A stretch of DNA of 64,000 nucleotides from an uncultured Acidimicrobiaceae bacterium. GTDB lineage: Bacteria > Actinomycetota > Acidimicrobiia > Acidimicrobiales > Bog-793. The position numbers were made by a program, and so were the translations under genes. Shown here in pieces: positions 47,820 to 58,095 of the stretch. The stretch is taken from NCBI GenBank assembly GCA_963803025.1, contig CAWDKZ010000013.1, positions 148,831 to 212,830 on the forward strand, written 5' to 3'. Below the pieces are notes generated by a model, which worked only from the letters and a program-made list of their open reading frames with translations, was not told the origin of the DNA and did not search any database. Each line of letters starts with the position of its first letter. Within the stretch, counting starts at the first letter, position 1.

Positions 47820-48004
47820 GTTCGCTCGTTGCTCCCCTGGGCTCGCGCGCCGGCGCGCCTCGACTGGCTTGTGTCCGGTGCGGCGTCCGCGGACATCCGG
47901 CCACCTTACCGAGCCCGGCGGCCCGCTCGCGAGGCACCTGGTGGGGGGCGTACCGCGCGGCGTCCAGTCGGTCTAGCATTGACGCCGCGACGAGAGGAGG
48001 GCCT

Positions 48005-48253
48005 GTGTCAGCAGGCGTGCTCGCAAATGTTTTCGGACCGGACGGCCTCATCATCATCGCGGTCGTCGTCATCGTGTTGCTCTTCGGTGGAAGCAAGCTG
48101 CCCGAGCTCGCCCGCGGTCTCGGAAGTGCCTCACACGAGTTCAAGAAGGGCCTCGCCGAAGGTGGTGAGGAAACCTCGAAGGCGGCTGAGACGGCGAAGA
48201 CCGCAGAGGCCGCGAAGGACTCCGAGGCGCCGAAGGACTCGAGCGGCAGCTGA
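48005..48253 (+). CDS. tatA: Twin-arginine translocase subunit TatA/E
   Basis: GTG 4 nt after GAGAGGAGG. IIIAVVVIVLLFGGSKLPELARGLGSASHEFKKG. Confidence 0.85.
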   Translation: MSAGVLANVFGPDGLIIIAVVVIVLLFGGSKLPELARGLGSASHEFKKGLAEGGEETSKAAETAKTAEAAKDSEAPKDSSGS

Positions 48254-48285
48254 GCCGGCGCGGCGCCGCAGACGGCCGACCGTCG

Positions 48286-48888
48286 GTGCGCCCCGGACGC
48301 CCGGCCGCTGACGCGGGGGTGAGGAGCGGGCCCGCGCGTCGGCGCGTTCCCTTTCTCGGTCACCAGATCGTCGAGTACGTCGTCGCGATCGCGCTGATCG
48401 CCGTCGGCTTCCACCTGACCGGTGGGGCAGAGATCGCGCTGGTGGCGGCGGGAATCCTGCTGCTGCTGCTGAACGTCGTCACCGTTGGCCGGTTGAGCGC
48501 GGTCGGGCTGTTGAGCCGGCGCGCCCACCACGTCGGGGATTTCGTCGTGGCGGCCGTGCTGATCGTCGTGCCGGTGTTCGAGTACTCGCGCGTCCACGTC
48601 ACGGGCGTGGCGCTTTCCGAGGGGGTGGCGCTCCTCGTTCTCTGGATCGAGCGCTCGACGCTGTACGTCGACCGGGTCCGGCCCCCCCGACCGGCCACGG
48701 ACGGCGGTGACAAGCCCGCACCGCGCGTTCCGAGCACCTTCGAGACTGCCGGCATCGTCGCCGGCGCGCTCGCGCCCGAGGCGGGGCGAGCCGCGCGTCA
48801 GGCGGCGCGCCGGATCGGAGTCGTCACCGGCGTCACCAAGCGCGTCGTCAAGCAGCGCCGCGCCGCGTCGTCGGACCCGGGGGGTTGA
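48286..48888 (+). CDS. Hypothetical membrane protein
   Basis: Three to four hydrophobic helices (VEYVVAIALIAVGF, IALVAAGILLLLLNVV, DFVVAAVLIVVPVF). No motif recognised. Confidence 0.4.
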   Translation: MRPGRPAADAGVRSGPARRRVPFLGHQIVEYVVAIALIAVGFHLTGGAEIALVAAGILLLLLNVVTVGRLSAVGLLSRRAHHVGDFVVAAVLIVVPVFEYSRVHVTGVALSEGVALLVLWIERSTLYVDRVRPPRPATDGGDKPAPRVPSTFETAGIVAGALAPEAGRAARQAARRIGVVTGVTKRVVKQRRAASSDPGG

Positions 48889-48988
48889 TCGGTCCGTCCG
48901 TCGCGCCACCGCGGGGATCTCCGATCGCGAGCGCGCACCGACACGTGCATCCGCCGCAGCGCCAGGTGATCGGCGCGAAGCCGCGCGG

Positions 48989-49867
48989 CTACTGCGCGGC
49001 CTTCAACCGGACGAGCCCCTCCTGGACGGCACTGGCGACGAGGTGGCCGTCCCTCTTGAACAGCAGGCCGCGCGCGAGTCCGCGGCCGCCGAAGGCGACA
49101 GGGCTCGTCTGGTCGTAGAACAACCATTCGTCGGCGCGGAAGGGCCGGTGGAACCACAGGCTGTGGTCGAGGCTCGCGCCCACGAAATGCTCGTCGAAGG
49201 GGGTCGTTCCATGGCGCTGGAGGATGGTGTCGACGAGCGTCAGGTCCGACGCGAAGGTGAGGATGGCCGCGTGGATGAGAGGGTCGTCACCGATCGGCCC
49301 CGTCGCGCGCAGCCAGAGTTGCTCCTTGTCGGACGACGAGCCGTCGCGTTGCCACGGGTATTCGGTCACGAAGCGGATGTCGAGGCCGTAGGTGTTGAGG
49401 AACGTCGGCGACGGCTCGTCGCTTCGGGCGGTGAGCGCCTGCGTGAGCGTCGGAAGCTCCTCGGGGCCGGGCACGTCGGGGATGCGGTCCCCGTGGACGA
49501 GTCCCTCCTCGTCTCGGTGGAACGAGCACATCAAGCCGAAGATCGGCTTACCGACCTGGATCCCGATCACCCAGCGGGTCGTGAAGGAGGCGCCGTCGCG
49601 AATCCTCTCGACTCTGTAAAGGGTCGGGCGGTGCGAATCCCCGGGCCGCAGGAAGTAGCCGTGGAGCGAGTGCACGCGGCGATGGGCGACCGTCCGACCG
49701 GCGGCGACGAGCGCCTGTGCGGCCACCTGGCCCCCGAAGACGCGGCGCCGCGTTTCGTCGAGGCTCACGCCCCGGAAGAGGTCCTCCTCGATCTGCTCGA
49801 GGTCGAGCAGATCGAGGAGCTGTCCGTCCGTCGCGTCCACGTTGAGACGGTACACTCGGGCAATCAT
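48989..49867 (-). CDS. tesB: Acyl-CoA thioesterase II
   Basis: LLDLEQIEEDLFRG...RRVFGGQVAAQALVAA...SLHGYFLRPGD...RGLARGLLF. ATG at 49867 chosen over the track start at 49987. Confidence 0.85.
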   Translation of the reverse strand: MIARVYRLNVDATDGQLLDLLDLEQIEEDLFRGVSLDETRRRVFGGQVAAQALVAAGRTVAHRRVHSLHGYFLRPGDSHRPTLYRVERIRDGASFTTRWVIGIQVGKPIFGLMCSFHRDEEGLVHGDRIPDVPGPEELPTLTQALTARSDEPSPTFLNTYGLDIRFVTEYPWQRDGSSSDKEQLWLRATGPIGDDPLIHAAILTFASDLTLVDTILQRHGTTPFDEHFVGASLDHSLWFHRPFRADEWLFYDQTSPVAFGGRGLARGLLFKRDGHLVASAVQEGLVRLKAAQ

Positions 49868-50420
49868 GCGTAAAGCTCTTTCGCACCCTCTCGCTTTCGC
49901 GCGCGAACTCACCCGGCATCCGAACTTCTCCAAGATCTGGCGCTTCTCCTTCGTCTCGGTCGTCTCGACGGTCCTCACCCTCGGCATGCTCTACGTGTTC
50001 TTCCGCGTGCTGAAGATCGGTTCGGCGGCGGAGAGCAACCTGCTCGCGACGTCGATCGCCACTGCACCCGCCTACTGGCTCAACCGCACCTGGACCTGGG
50101 GGAAGACCGGTAGGTCGCACGTGATGCGCGAAGTCGTCCCGTTCTGGACGATCGCCATCGCTGGCGTCCTGCTCTCGACCGCCGCGGTGCATTTCGCCGC
50201 GGTCGAGGCGCACCACTTCACCCATTCCAAGATGGGTGTCACGATCCTCGTCGAATTCGCCAACTTCTTCACCTACGGCGTGCTGTGGGTCGGCAAGTTC
50301 ACGATCTTCAACCGCTATCTGTTCAACACGCCGAACGCCGTCTCCGACGAGGACAACCTCGAACGGAACGACGCAGGTCCCGGCGGCGAGCTGGCCGCCG
50401 ACGAGCTCAGCACCGTCTAG
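49866..50420 (+). CDS. GtrA-family membrane protein
   Basis: KIWRFSFVSVVSTVLTLGMLYVF...YWLNRTWTWG...FANFFTYGVLWVGKFTIFN. Confidence 0.75.
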   Translation: MRKALSHPLAFARELTRHPNFSKIWRFSFVSVVSTVLTLGMLYVFFRVLKIGSAAESNLLATSIATAPAYWLNRTWTWGKTGRSHVMREVVPFWTIAIAGVLLSTAAVHFAAVEAHHFTHSKMGVTILVEFANFFTYGVLWVGKFTIFNRYLFNTPNAVSDEDNLERNDAGPGGELAADELSTV

Positions 50421-51974
50421 TCGACGAAGCCCCGACGGGCCGGCCGGCGACGCCACGCGCCGAGCGCGTCTCCGTCGCGTTCGGCGAGCCGCAGCGCCCA
50501 GCCGAGAGCCACGGCGAGCGCCGAGCCGGCGAGGACCGGCAGGTCGCCAAACCGTTCGTAGAGCGTCGCGCCCGTCCGCAACGCGACGACGCCCCGCAAG
50601 AGGTCCGGGGTTCCCAGACCACTTTGCCGGGTGACGACCCCGTTTGGCGAGATGAGCGCCGAGTAGCCGGTCGTCGCCGACTGGACGAGATCGCGGCCCT
50701 CGGCGATCGCCTGCAGCCGCGAGGCGGCGAGCTCGGCGGCGGGGACGATGTCGGTCGCGTACGAGGCGGTGTTCGTCTCGACGACGAGGAGCTCGCCGCC
50801 GGCGCGCACCCCGCTGCGGGCCCGGTCCGCGAAGAAAGCCTCGAAGGAGTTGAGGATCGCGACGCGCCCCGCCGGGGTCGTGAGCTCCCCGTCGTTACGG
50901 CCGACGATCACGTCTCTCGGCACCCCGGTGAGGCTCGCGATCCGGGAGAACAGCGAACGCAGGGGAACGTACTCGCCGAACGGGACCGGATGGGTTTTCT
51001 CGACGGACCCGATGATCCGGCCGGACGGTCCCCAGGCGGTGATCTCGTTCTCGAACCGGGTCGAGCCGACTGGCGTGGTGACCCCGGCGAGCACCGTCGT
51101 GTCGAGCCGCCGGGCGAGGGTCGCGACGCGATCCGCTTTGATCGAACCGGCGAGCGGGCCGGCGACCGCGACGGTGTCCTCGGGCCAGACGACGAGGCCG
51201 ACCGGTCGCCGGAGTCGGGACGTCACGTGCCAGGTCGCGGCGAAGACGTGACTGGCCGGCACGTTGAGAGAGCTCATGCCGCGCCGACCTCCCCCCTGGA
51301 CGATCGCGACGGCGACGGCGGCGCGAGGCGGCCCGCCGCCGGGCGCCAGTGCGGCGAGGCCGCCGGTGAGGGCGACGAGGCCGATGGCCGCCAAGCCGGC
51401 GAGCGCGGTGCCCTTCACGGGAGGCTTGTCGGTCGAGAGGCGGGCCCAACCCGCGGAGCCGAGCGCGGCGAGGCCGGCGCCGGCGAGTCCGACCGCGGCG
51501 ACGAGAAGGAGCGGGCCGCCGACCCGCGAGTGCGGCGAGGGGGCCGTCCACCTGGCCGAGCGCAGTGCCGCCGAGCGGCAGGCCGCCGAAGGGCCAGTGA
51601 TCGCGCGCCCATTCGAGGAGCGTGAGCGCGCCGGCGAAGGCGATGAGCCGGCCCCGTCTGGGCGGGACCGCGATGAAGGCGACCGTGACGAACAACGACT
51701 CGCAGGCGACGAGGGCGACGTAGCCGAGCCCGGTGAACTCGAGCGCCCAGACGCATCCGACACTGAACTGGCCGATACCGACGAGCAGACCGCAAAGCGC
51801 CCGTCGACCCACCGACCGTCGCGTGATCGTCCCGGCCGCGACCGCAAGTCCGAGCGGCGCGAGGTACCAGGGTCCGAACGGTGGCAGCGAGCAGCCGACG
51901 AGCCCTCCCGCGAGAAGCGCGAGAGCGCCGCGGCCGGCCAACCTCGCGGCACCTGGCGCCACCGGCGGGTTCAT
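50417..51974 (-). CDS. lnt: Apolipoprotein N-acyltransferase with an apparent 1-nt frameshift near 51530-51550
   Basis: The membrane domain (MNPPVAPGAARLAG...LLEWARDHWPFGGLPLGGTALGQVDGP) is in one frame. The rest (GGPLLLVAAVGLAG...CN-hydrolase VVWPEDTV...ILNSFEAFF) is in another. The span is 3n+1. A G5 run lies at 51539-51543. Confidence 0.8.
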
Positions 51975-53404
51975 CAGCGGAGCGCGCCCGCGAGCAGCGA
52001 CGCGGCCCGTTTGGCCTGGGCGATGCACGCCGGGATGCCGATGCCGTGCGTCCACGCGCCGGCGAGGGCGATCGGGCCGAGGTCCGCCGCGAGCGTCTCG
52101 AGGCGCGCCACCCGGGCGAGATGACCGACGACGTACTGCGGGAAGGACTCGGGCCAGCGCCGCACGAGGACGTCGAGGGGCGGGGCTGTGACGCCGAGGA
52201 CCGTCGCGATCTCCGACCGGAGATGCGCGAGGAGCGTCCCGTCGTCGAGGGCGAGGGCGCGTTCGTCTCCGTGCCGCCCGGCGGAGGCCCGCACGACGAT
52301 CTCGTCGGGTCGCGCCGAGCGGGGCCACTTCGACGAGGTGAGGCTGAGCGCGGTCGAAAGCAACCCGGAGCGGCGGGGGACGAGCACCCCGCTCCCGATG
52401 AGGGCGAGCGACGAGGCGGCGATGACGTCCGCCGGCCAGGCGAACGCGACGGTGACGACGCCCGAGTAGGGGATCGCCCGCAGCAGCGAGGCGAGCTCGG
52501 GGAAGGGCGCGGCGACCATCCCGGCCGTGACGTGGCTTGGTACCGCGAGCAGGATTCCGTCGCAGGCGAGCTCGTCCGCACCGACCACGGCCTGCCAGCC
52601 GTGGCCGCGCCCCCCCCGGCGAAGCTCGACGACGGCGGCGTTCGTCCGGATCTCGACACCGCGCGCGGCGCAGTCCTGCTCGAGCACGCGGGCCAGTGTC
52701 TCGAGCCCGCGCGCAAGACCGAGGAAGATCGGGGACTTCTGCGTCCGAGGTCTGGTGCCGGCCTTCAGATGGGCGCGCAGCGCGAGGAGCATGGACCGAC
52801 GTCCGGCGATCGCGCGGGCGAGCTCCGGCGCGGTGGCGGTAAACGAAAGTTGCCGCACGTCTCCGGCGTTGATGCCCCCGAGGAGCGGGTCGACGAGCGT
52901 CCCGACCACCTCGCGTCCGAGACGACGGCCGACGACCGCGCCGACCGAGAGGTCGGTTCCCGCTGATGCCGTGCCGGACCCGAAGTCGACCGGCGCGACC
53001 CGACCGCGCGGGACGAGGTCGGTGGCCGCGCGCACGACGGCCACCGGCGAGACGACGCCCGAGCGCAACAGCCTGACGAGGTCGATCGGGATGCCGAGCG
53101 CGAGACCCGACGGGAATGGGCGGAGGCGACCACGTGCCCAGATCGCGGCCCTCGAGGTCGACGGGGCGATGAGCTCCTCGCCGAGATCGAGCTCACGGCA
53201 GAGCTGTTCAGCCGCCGGGTTGCGGGTGATGAAGACGTCCGGTCCGAGGTCGAGCGGGCAGCCGCGGAAGTCGACGGTGCGCATCTTCCCGCCGACGGTG
53301 CCTTCGGCCTCGGCCAGCACGACGTCGTGGGCGCCAGCGAGCGCCCGCGCCGCGACAAGTCCGCTCACGCCAGCGCCGGCGACGAGGATCCGTTTTCGTG
53401 GCAT
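51974..53404 (-). CDS. hemY: Protoporphyrinogen/coproporphyrinogen III oxidase (HemY/CgoX)
   Basis: ILVAGAGVSGLVAARALAG...GGKMRT FAD fold. Its stop overlaps the lnt ATG (ATGA). Confidence 0.9.
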   Translation of the reverse strand: MPRKRILVAGAGVSGLVAARALAGAHDVVLAEAEGTVGGKMRTVDFRGCPLDLGPDVFITRNPAAEQLCRELDLGEELIAPSTSRAAIWARGRLRPFPSGLALGIPIDLVRLLRSGVVSPVAVVRAATDLVPRGRVAPVDFGSGTASAGTDLSVGAVVGRRLGREVVGTLVDPLLGGINAGDVRQLSFTATAPELARAIAGRRSMLLALRAHLKAGTRPRTQKSPIFLGLARGLETLARVLEQDCAARGVEIRTNAAVVELRRGGRGHGWQAVVGADELACDGILLAVPSHVTAGMVAAPFPELASLLRAIPYSGVVTVAFAWPADVIAASSLALIGSGVLVPRRSGLLSTALSLTSSKWPRSARPDEIVVRASAGRHGDERALALDDGTLLAHLRSEIATVLGVTAPPLDVLVRRWPESFPQYVVGHLARVARLETLAADLGPIALAGAWTHGIGIPACIAQAKRAASLLAGALR

Positions 53405-53424
53405 CTCCCGGCCAGCGAGTCGCG

Positions 53425-54354
53425 TCAGGGTCGCCCGGGCGGGTCGGGGTCCGCCGCAGAGACGAGGCGCGCGAGCAGGCCGATGAGTCCGGGGTCGTCG
53501 TTGAGCGAGGCGGTGCGCGCGAACCCGAGCCCCAGCTCGGCGGCCCTGCGGGCCGCGACAATGTCAAGGTCGTAGCAGAGTTCGAGGTGATCCGAGGTGA
53601 AGCCGGCTGGGCAGACGACGACGGCGCGTGCCCCCTCGTTGGCGATGGCGGCGAGGAGTTCGGTGATGTCCGGGCCGAGCCACGGCTCCTCGGTCCGTCC
53701 CGCGCTCTGCCAACCGGTCCGCCAACGGACGAGCCGGCAGCGTGCCGCGACGAGCCCCGCGGTCTCGGCGAGTTCGTCGGGATAGTGGTCGCCCAAGAAG
53801 ACGACCCGTTCCGGCAGGCTGTGCGCCGTGAACACGACCTCGATCTCGGACGTGGCTCGGTCGCCGAGCGAGGCCACGGCTGCGGCTGTGCGACCGGCGA
53901 GAAGCTCGATGAGTTCCGGTTCGGCGCCCCAGCGTGTGACGAACGCCGCGGCGACGCCGCGCGCCGCGGTCCGCGCCCGGGCCCGTTCGAGATACTCGCC
54001 GACGCTGCCCACGGAGTAGTGCGGCGCGAGGACGAGCCCGACGATCGCCGAGACGCCGGCGTCGGCGAGCTCGTCGACCGCCGCCTCGATCTTCGGGGCC
54101 GAGTGCTTCGCGCCGAAGGCGGTGCGGAAATGGTCGGGCGCGATCACCTCGAGTGCCCGGCCGAGCGCGGCCACCTGCGCCGTGGTTCTCGCGGCGAGGG
54201 GTGAGGCGCCACCAATCGCCGTGTACCGCGCCTGGAGCTCGCTCAGCTGGGGCCCGGTCGGCGGTCGGCCGTGGCGGATGTCGGTGTAGAAGGCCTCGAC
54301 GTCGTCGGGGCCGGTCGGCGTGCCGTACGCCATCACGAGGACTCCCGTGGTCAT
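53425..54354 (-). CDS. hemH: Ferrochelatase (coproporphyrin type)
   Basis: MTTGVLVMAYGTPTGPDDVEAFYTDIRHGR...FTAHSLPERV...CPAGFTSDHLE. ATGA overlap with hemE. Confidence 0.9.
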   Translation of the reverse strand: MTTGVLVMAYGTPTGPDDVEAFYTDIRHGRPPTGPQLSELQARYTAIGGASPLAARTTAQVAALGRALEVIAPDHFRTAFGAKHSAPKIEAAVDELADAGVSAIVGLVLAPHYSVGSVGEYLERARARTAARGVAAAFVTRWGAEPELIELLAGRTAAAVASLGDRATSEIEVVFTAHSLPERVVFLGDHYPDELAETAGLVAARCRLVRWRTGWQSAGRTEEPWLGPDITELLAAIANEGARAVVVCPAGFTSDHLELCYDLDIVAARRAAELGLGFARTASLNDDPGLIGLLARLVSAADPDPPGRP

Positions 54355-55400
54355 CGGCCCATTGCTCCACGCCGGGGGGATGTCGCGTGAACGAGCTCGA
54401 CCAGGCGCTGGAGCACGGCGGGGTCGGTCCCCGGCAGGACGCCGTGGCCGAGGTTGAACACGTGCCCCGGGGCCGCGCGGCCTTCGTCGAGGACCCTTCT
54501 CGCTGCCACCCCGGCGGCATCGAATCCGGCGAGGCAGATCGCCGGGTCGAGATTGCCCTGGAGAGCCGTGTGCGGCCCGACTCGCACGGCGGCGCGGTCG
54601 AGCGGCACGCGCCAGTCGACGCCGACGACGTCGGCACCGGCGGTCGCCATGAGATCGAGCAGTTCCCCGGTTCCGACCCCGAACAGGATGCGCGGGACTC
54701 TGAAGGGCGCGAGACCCCCGAGGATCCGACGCGTCGCGGGCAGGGCGAAGCGTTCGTAGTCGGCGCGCGACAGCCACCCAGCCCAGCTGTCGAAGAGCTG
54801 GACCGCGCTCGCCCCGGCCTCGACCTGGCTGCGCAGGGAGGCGAGTGCGATCTCGGCGAGCCGGTCGGCGAGCGCGAACCAGGTCTCCGGCTCGGAGTGC
54901 ATCAGCTTCTTCGTCCGGGCGAAGTCACGGGAGGGCCCGCCCTCGACGAGGTAGCTCGCCAGCGTGAACGGGGCACCTGCGAAGCCGATGACGGGGACAT
55001 CGACCATGGCGACGACGCGCCGGACGGTCTCGCTGACGTAGGGCGTGTCGGCGACGGGATCGAGCAGTCGCAGACGCGTGAGATCGGAGCGCGCGCGGAA
55101 GGGGCGGTTCACGACGGGGCCCGTCCCCGGGACGATCTCCACCTCGAAGCCGACCGCGGCGATCGGGACCATGATGTCGGAGAAGAGGATCGCCGCGTCG
55201 ACGCCGTAGCGGCGCACCGGCTGGCAGGTGAGCTCGGCCGCGAGTTCCGGATCGCGCACCGCGTCGAGGATGCTGCCCTCGCCCCGTAGGGCGCGGAACT
55301 CCGGAAGTGAACGTCCGGCCTGGCGCATGAACCACACGGGCGGGCGCGCGACCGGCTCGCATCGGCACGCCGAGAGGAAGTCCGAGTCGGCGACGGGCAC
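54351..55400 (-). CDS. hemE: Uroporphyrinogen decarboxylase
   Basis: RPPVWFMRQAGRSLPEFRALR, AILFSDIMVP, FNLGHGVLP. Confidence 0.95.
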   Translation of the reverse strand: MPVADSDFLSACRCEPVARPPVWFMRQAGRSLPEFRALRGEGSILDAVRDPELAAELTCQPVRRYGVDAAILFSDIMVPIAAVGFEVEIVPGTGPVVNRPFRARSDLTRLRLLDPVADTPYVSETVRRVVAMVDVPVIGFAGAPFTLASYLVEGGPSRDFARTKKLMHSEPETWFALADRLAEIALASLRSQVEAGASAVQLFDSWAGWLSRADYERFALPATRRILGGLAPFRVPRILFGVGTGELLDLMATAGADVVGVDWRVPLDRAAVRVGPHTALQGNLDPAICLAGFDAAGVAARRVLDEGRAAPGHVFNLGHGVLPGTDPAVLQRLVELVHATSPRRGAMGR

Positions 55401-55805
55401 CCAACGACCCTATCGCCGTGGCCCGACGCAACCCCGTGGGTCGTTTGTCACGTTCCGGTGCCTCGGCGTCTCGGCTCAGATGCGTGGTTCGCAGGTCACG
55501 GGATCGGACAGCCCGTCCGCGGGATCGCCGCGTCCGCCCCAGACGCGAGTCGTCACTTCGTGGTGGCGCTGGCGGGCTTCCTCGAGAAGCGAGCCCGAGT
55601 ATCGCCTCGACGTCGCTGGGAACCCGCGGGGCGCGCGGCCGACGCGGAGGGCCCGGCGGGGAACGACTGGCCGCACGCGAGCTGTCGAGACGCGCCAGCA
55701 CGGGCGCCGTGTCGACGGGTGTCAGATCGGCGATGCGAGGAGCTCGGTCGCGGGCCGGCTCGAATCGGCCCTCCACCGGGCGCCCCGGGGGGGCATGATG
55801 GAGCG

Positions 55806-56177
55806 ATGATCGATCATCTCGCAATCCAGTGTTCCGATGTCACGAAGAGCCTCGCCTTCTACGACGCCGTTCTCGCGCCACTTGGCGGGAGTCGGGTGAT
55901 GGACTTCGAGACGGTCGTCGGCTTCGGGGTGGGGCAGCAACCGATGTTCTGGGTCGGGCCGCTCGAGACCGGCGAGGGTTTCCGTGAGTCCCACATCGCG
56001 TTCCACGCTGCCGACCGGGCGGCCGTGCGGTCCTTCTTCGACGCCGCCGTGGCGCAGGGAGCCGAGGTGCTCCACGAGCCGCGACTCTGGCCGGAGTACC
56101 ACCCTGGTTACTACGGCGCCTTCGTCCGAGACCCAGACGGCAACAACGTCGAAGCCGTCTGCCACGTTCCCGAGTGA
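55806..56177 (+). CDS. VOC/glyoxalase-family protein
   Basis: MIDHLAIQCSDVTKSLAFYDAVLAPLG...HIAFHA...GAFVRDPDGNNVEAV. Confidence 0.8.
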   Translation: MIDHLAIQCSDVTKSLAFYDAVLAPLGGSRVMDFETVVGFGVGQQPMFWVGPLETGEGFRESHIAFHAADRAAVRSFFDAAVAQGAEVLHEPRLWPEYHPGYYGAFVRDPDGNNVEAVCHVPE

Positions 56178-56428
56178 CGCCCGCCTCGCGCAAACCGAGC
56201 TCGGCCGGTGATGCTTCCCCCCGCCGGGAAGGTCAGCTGACGGGGTAGGGCGCGTCCGGCAGGTTCGCCAGGCAGTGTCCAGAGCGCGTCAGCTGGTCCG
56301 CGGCCGCGCGGTCTCAGGACGCGAGGTCCGACCGGCCGCGAGGACAACCGTCAGCAGCCATGGCGATGAGACACGTCGGCGGGCACAGGGCGCATCGAGC
56401 CTTCGTCGGCCAGGGAGTTCCCGACGAT

Positions 56429-56504
56429 TGGAGCCGGTGGTGGGACTCGAACCCACGACCTGACGATTACAAGTCGTCTGCGCTGCCAGCTGCGCCACAC
56501 CGGC
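56429..56504 (-). tRNA. tRNA-Thr (anticodon TGT), CCA encoded
   Basis: GCCGGTG/CACCGGC acceptor, anticodon loop CTTGTAA, T-loop GGGTTCGAGTCCC, 3' TCCA. Confidence 0.9.
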
Positions 56505-56744
56505 GTTCGCCGCGAGCGCCCCGCCGGCGCCGCGCGGTGTCGCACGCGCCCGCGGGGCCGGACCGAGGCCCGAATCCGCGAGGACAGCGACTAGACCCCC
56601 CACGCCGCGACTCGACTAAGCTCGTCGCTCGCACAATCAATCTACAAGTGTCACCACGTTGCGTCGCGCCCCGACTGGCATCTACCGAACTCGCTGTTCC
56701 CGGCGGTCTGTGGTGTGCCATGGCCAGGGTCGACCGACGAGTAG

Positions 56745-57956
<1,212 letters not shown>

Positions 57957-58095
57957 CGCCCGGCGGTCACGCCGCCGCGCGCCGACTCCCCAGACGGCCG
58001 TTTCTCGACCGCTAGCGTCAGCTCGATGTTGACCCCGCGGTCGTCGTGCACTTCCGCCGACCCGGCGTGAGCGTTGGCGCGTCGTCGCCGCGGTT

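Noticed and set aside
55401-55805. Possible hidden gene in the 405-bp hemE / VOC intergenic region
   Set aside because: ORFs in all frames (for example 55476-55676 on the minus strand) give Arg/Pro-rich sequence without motifs. No start or SD context stands out, so it is left unannotated.
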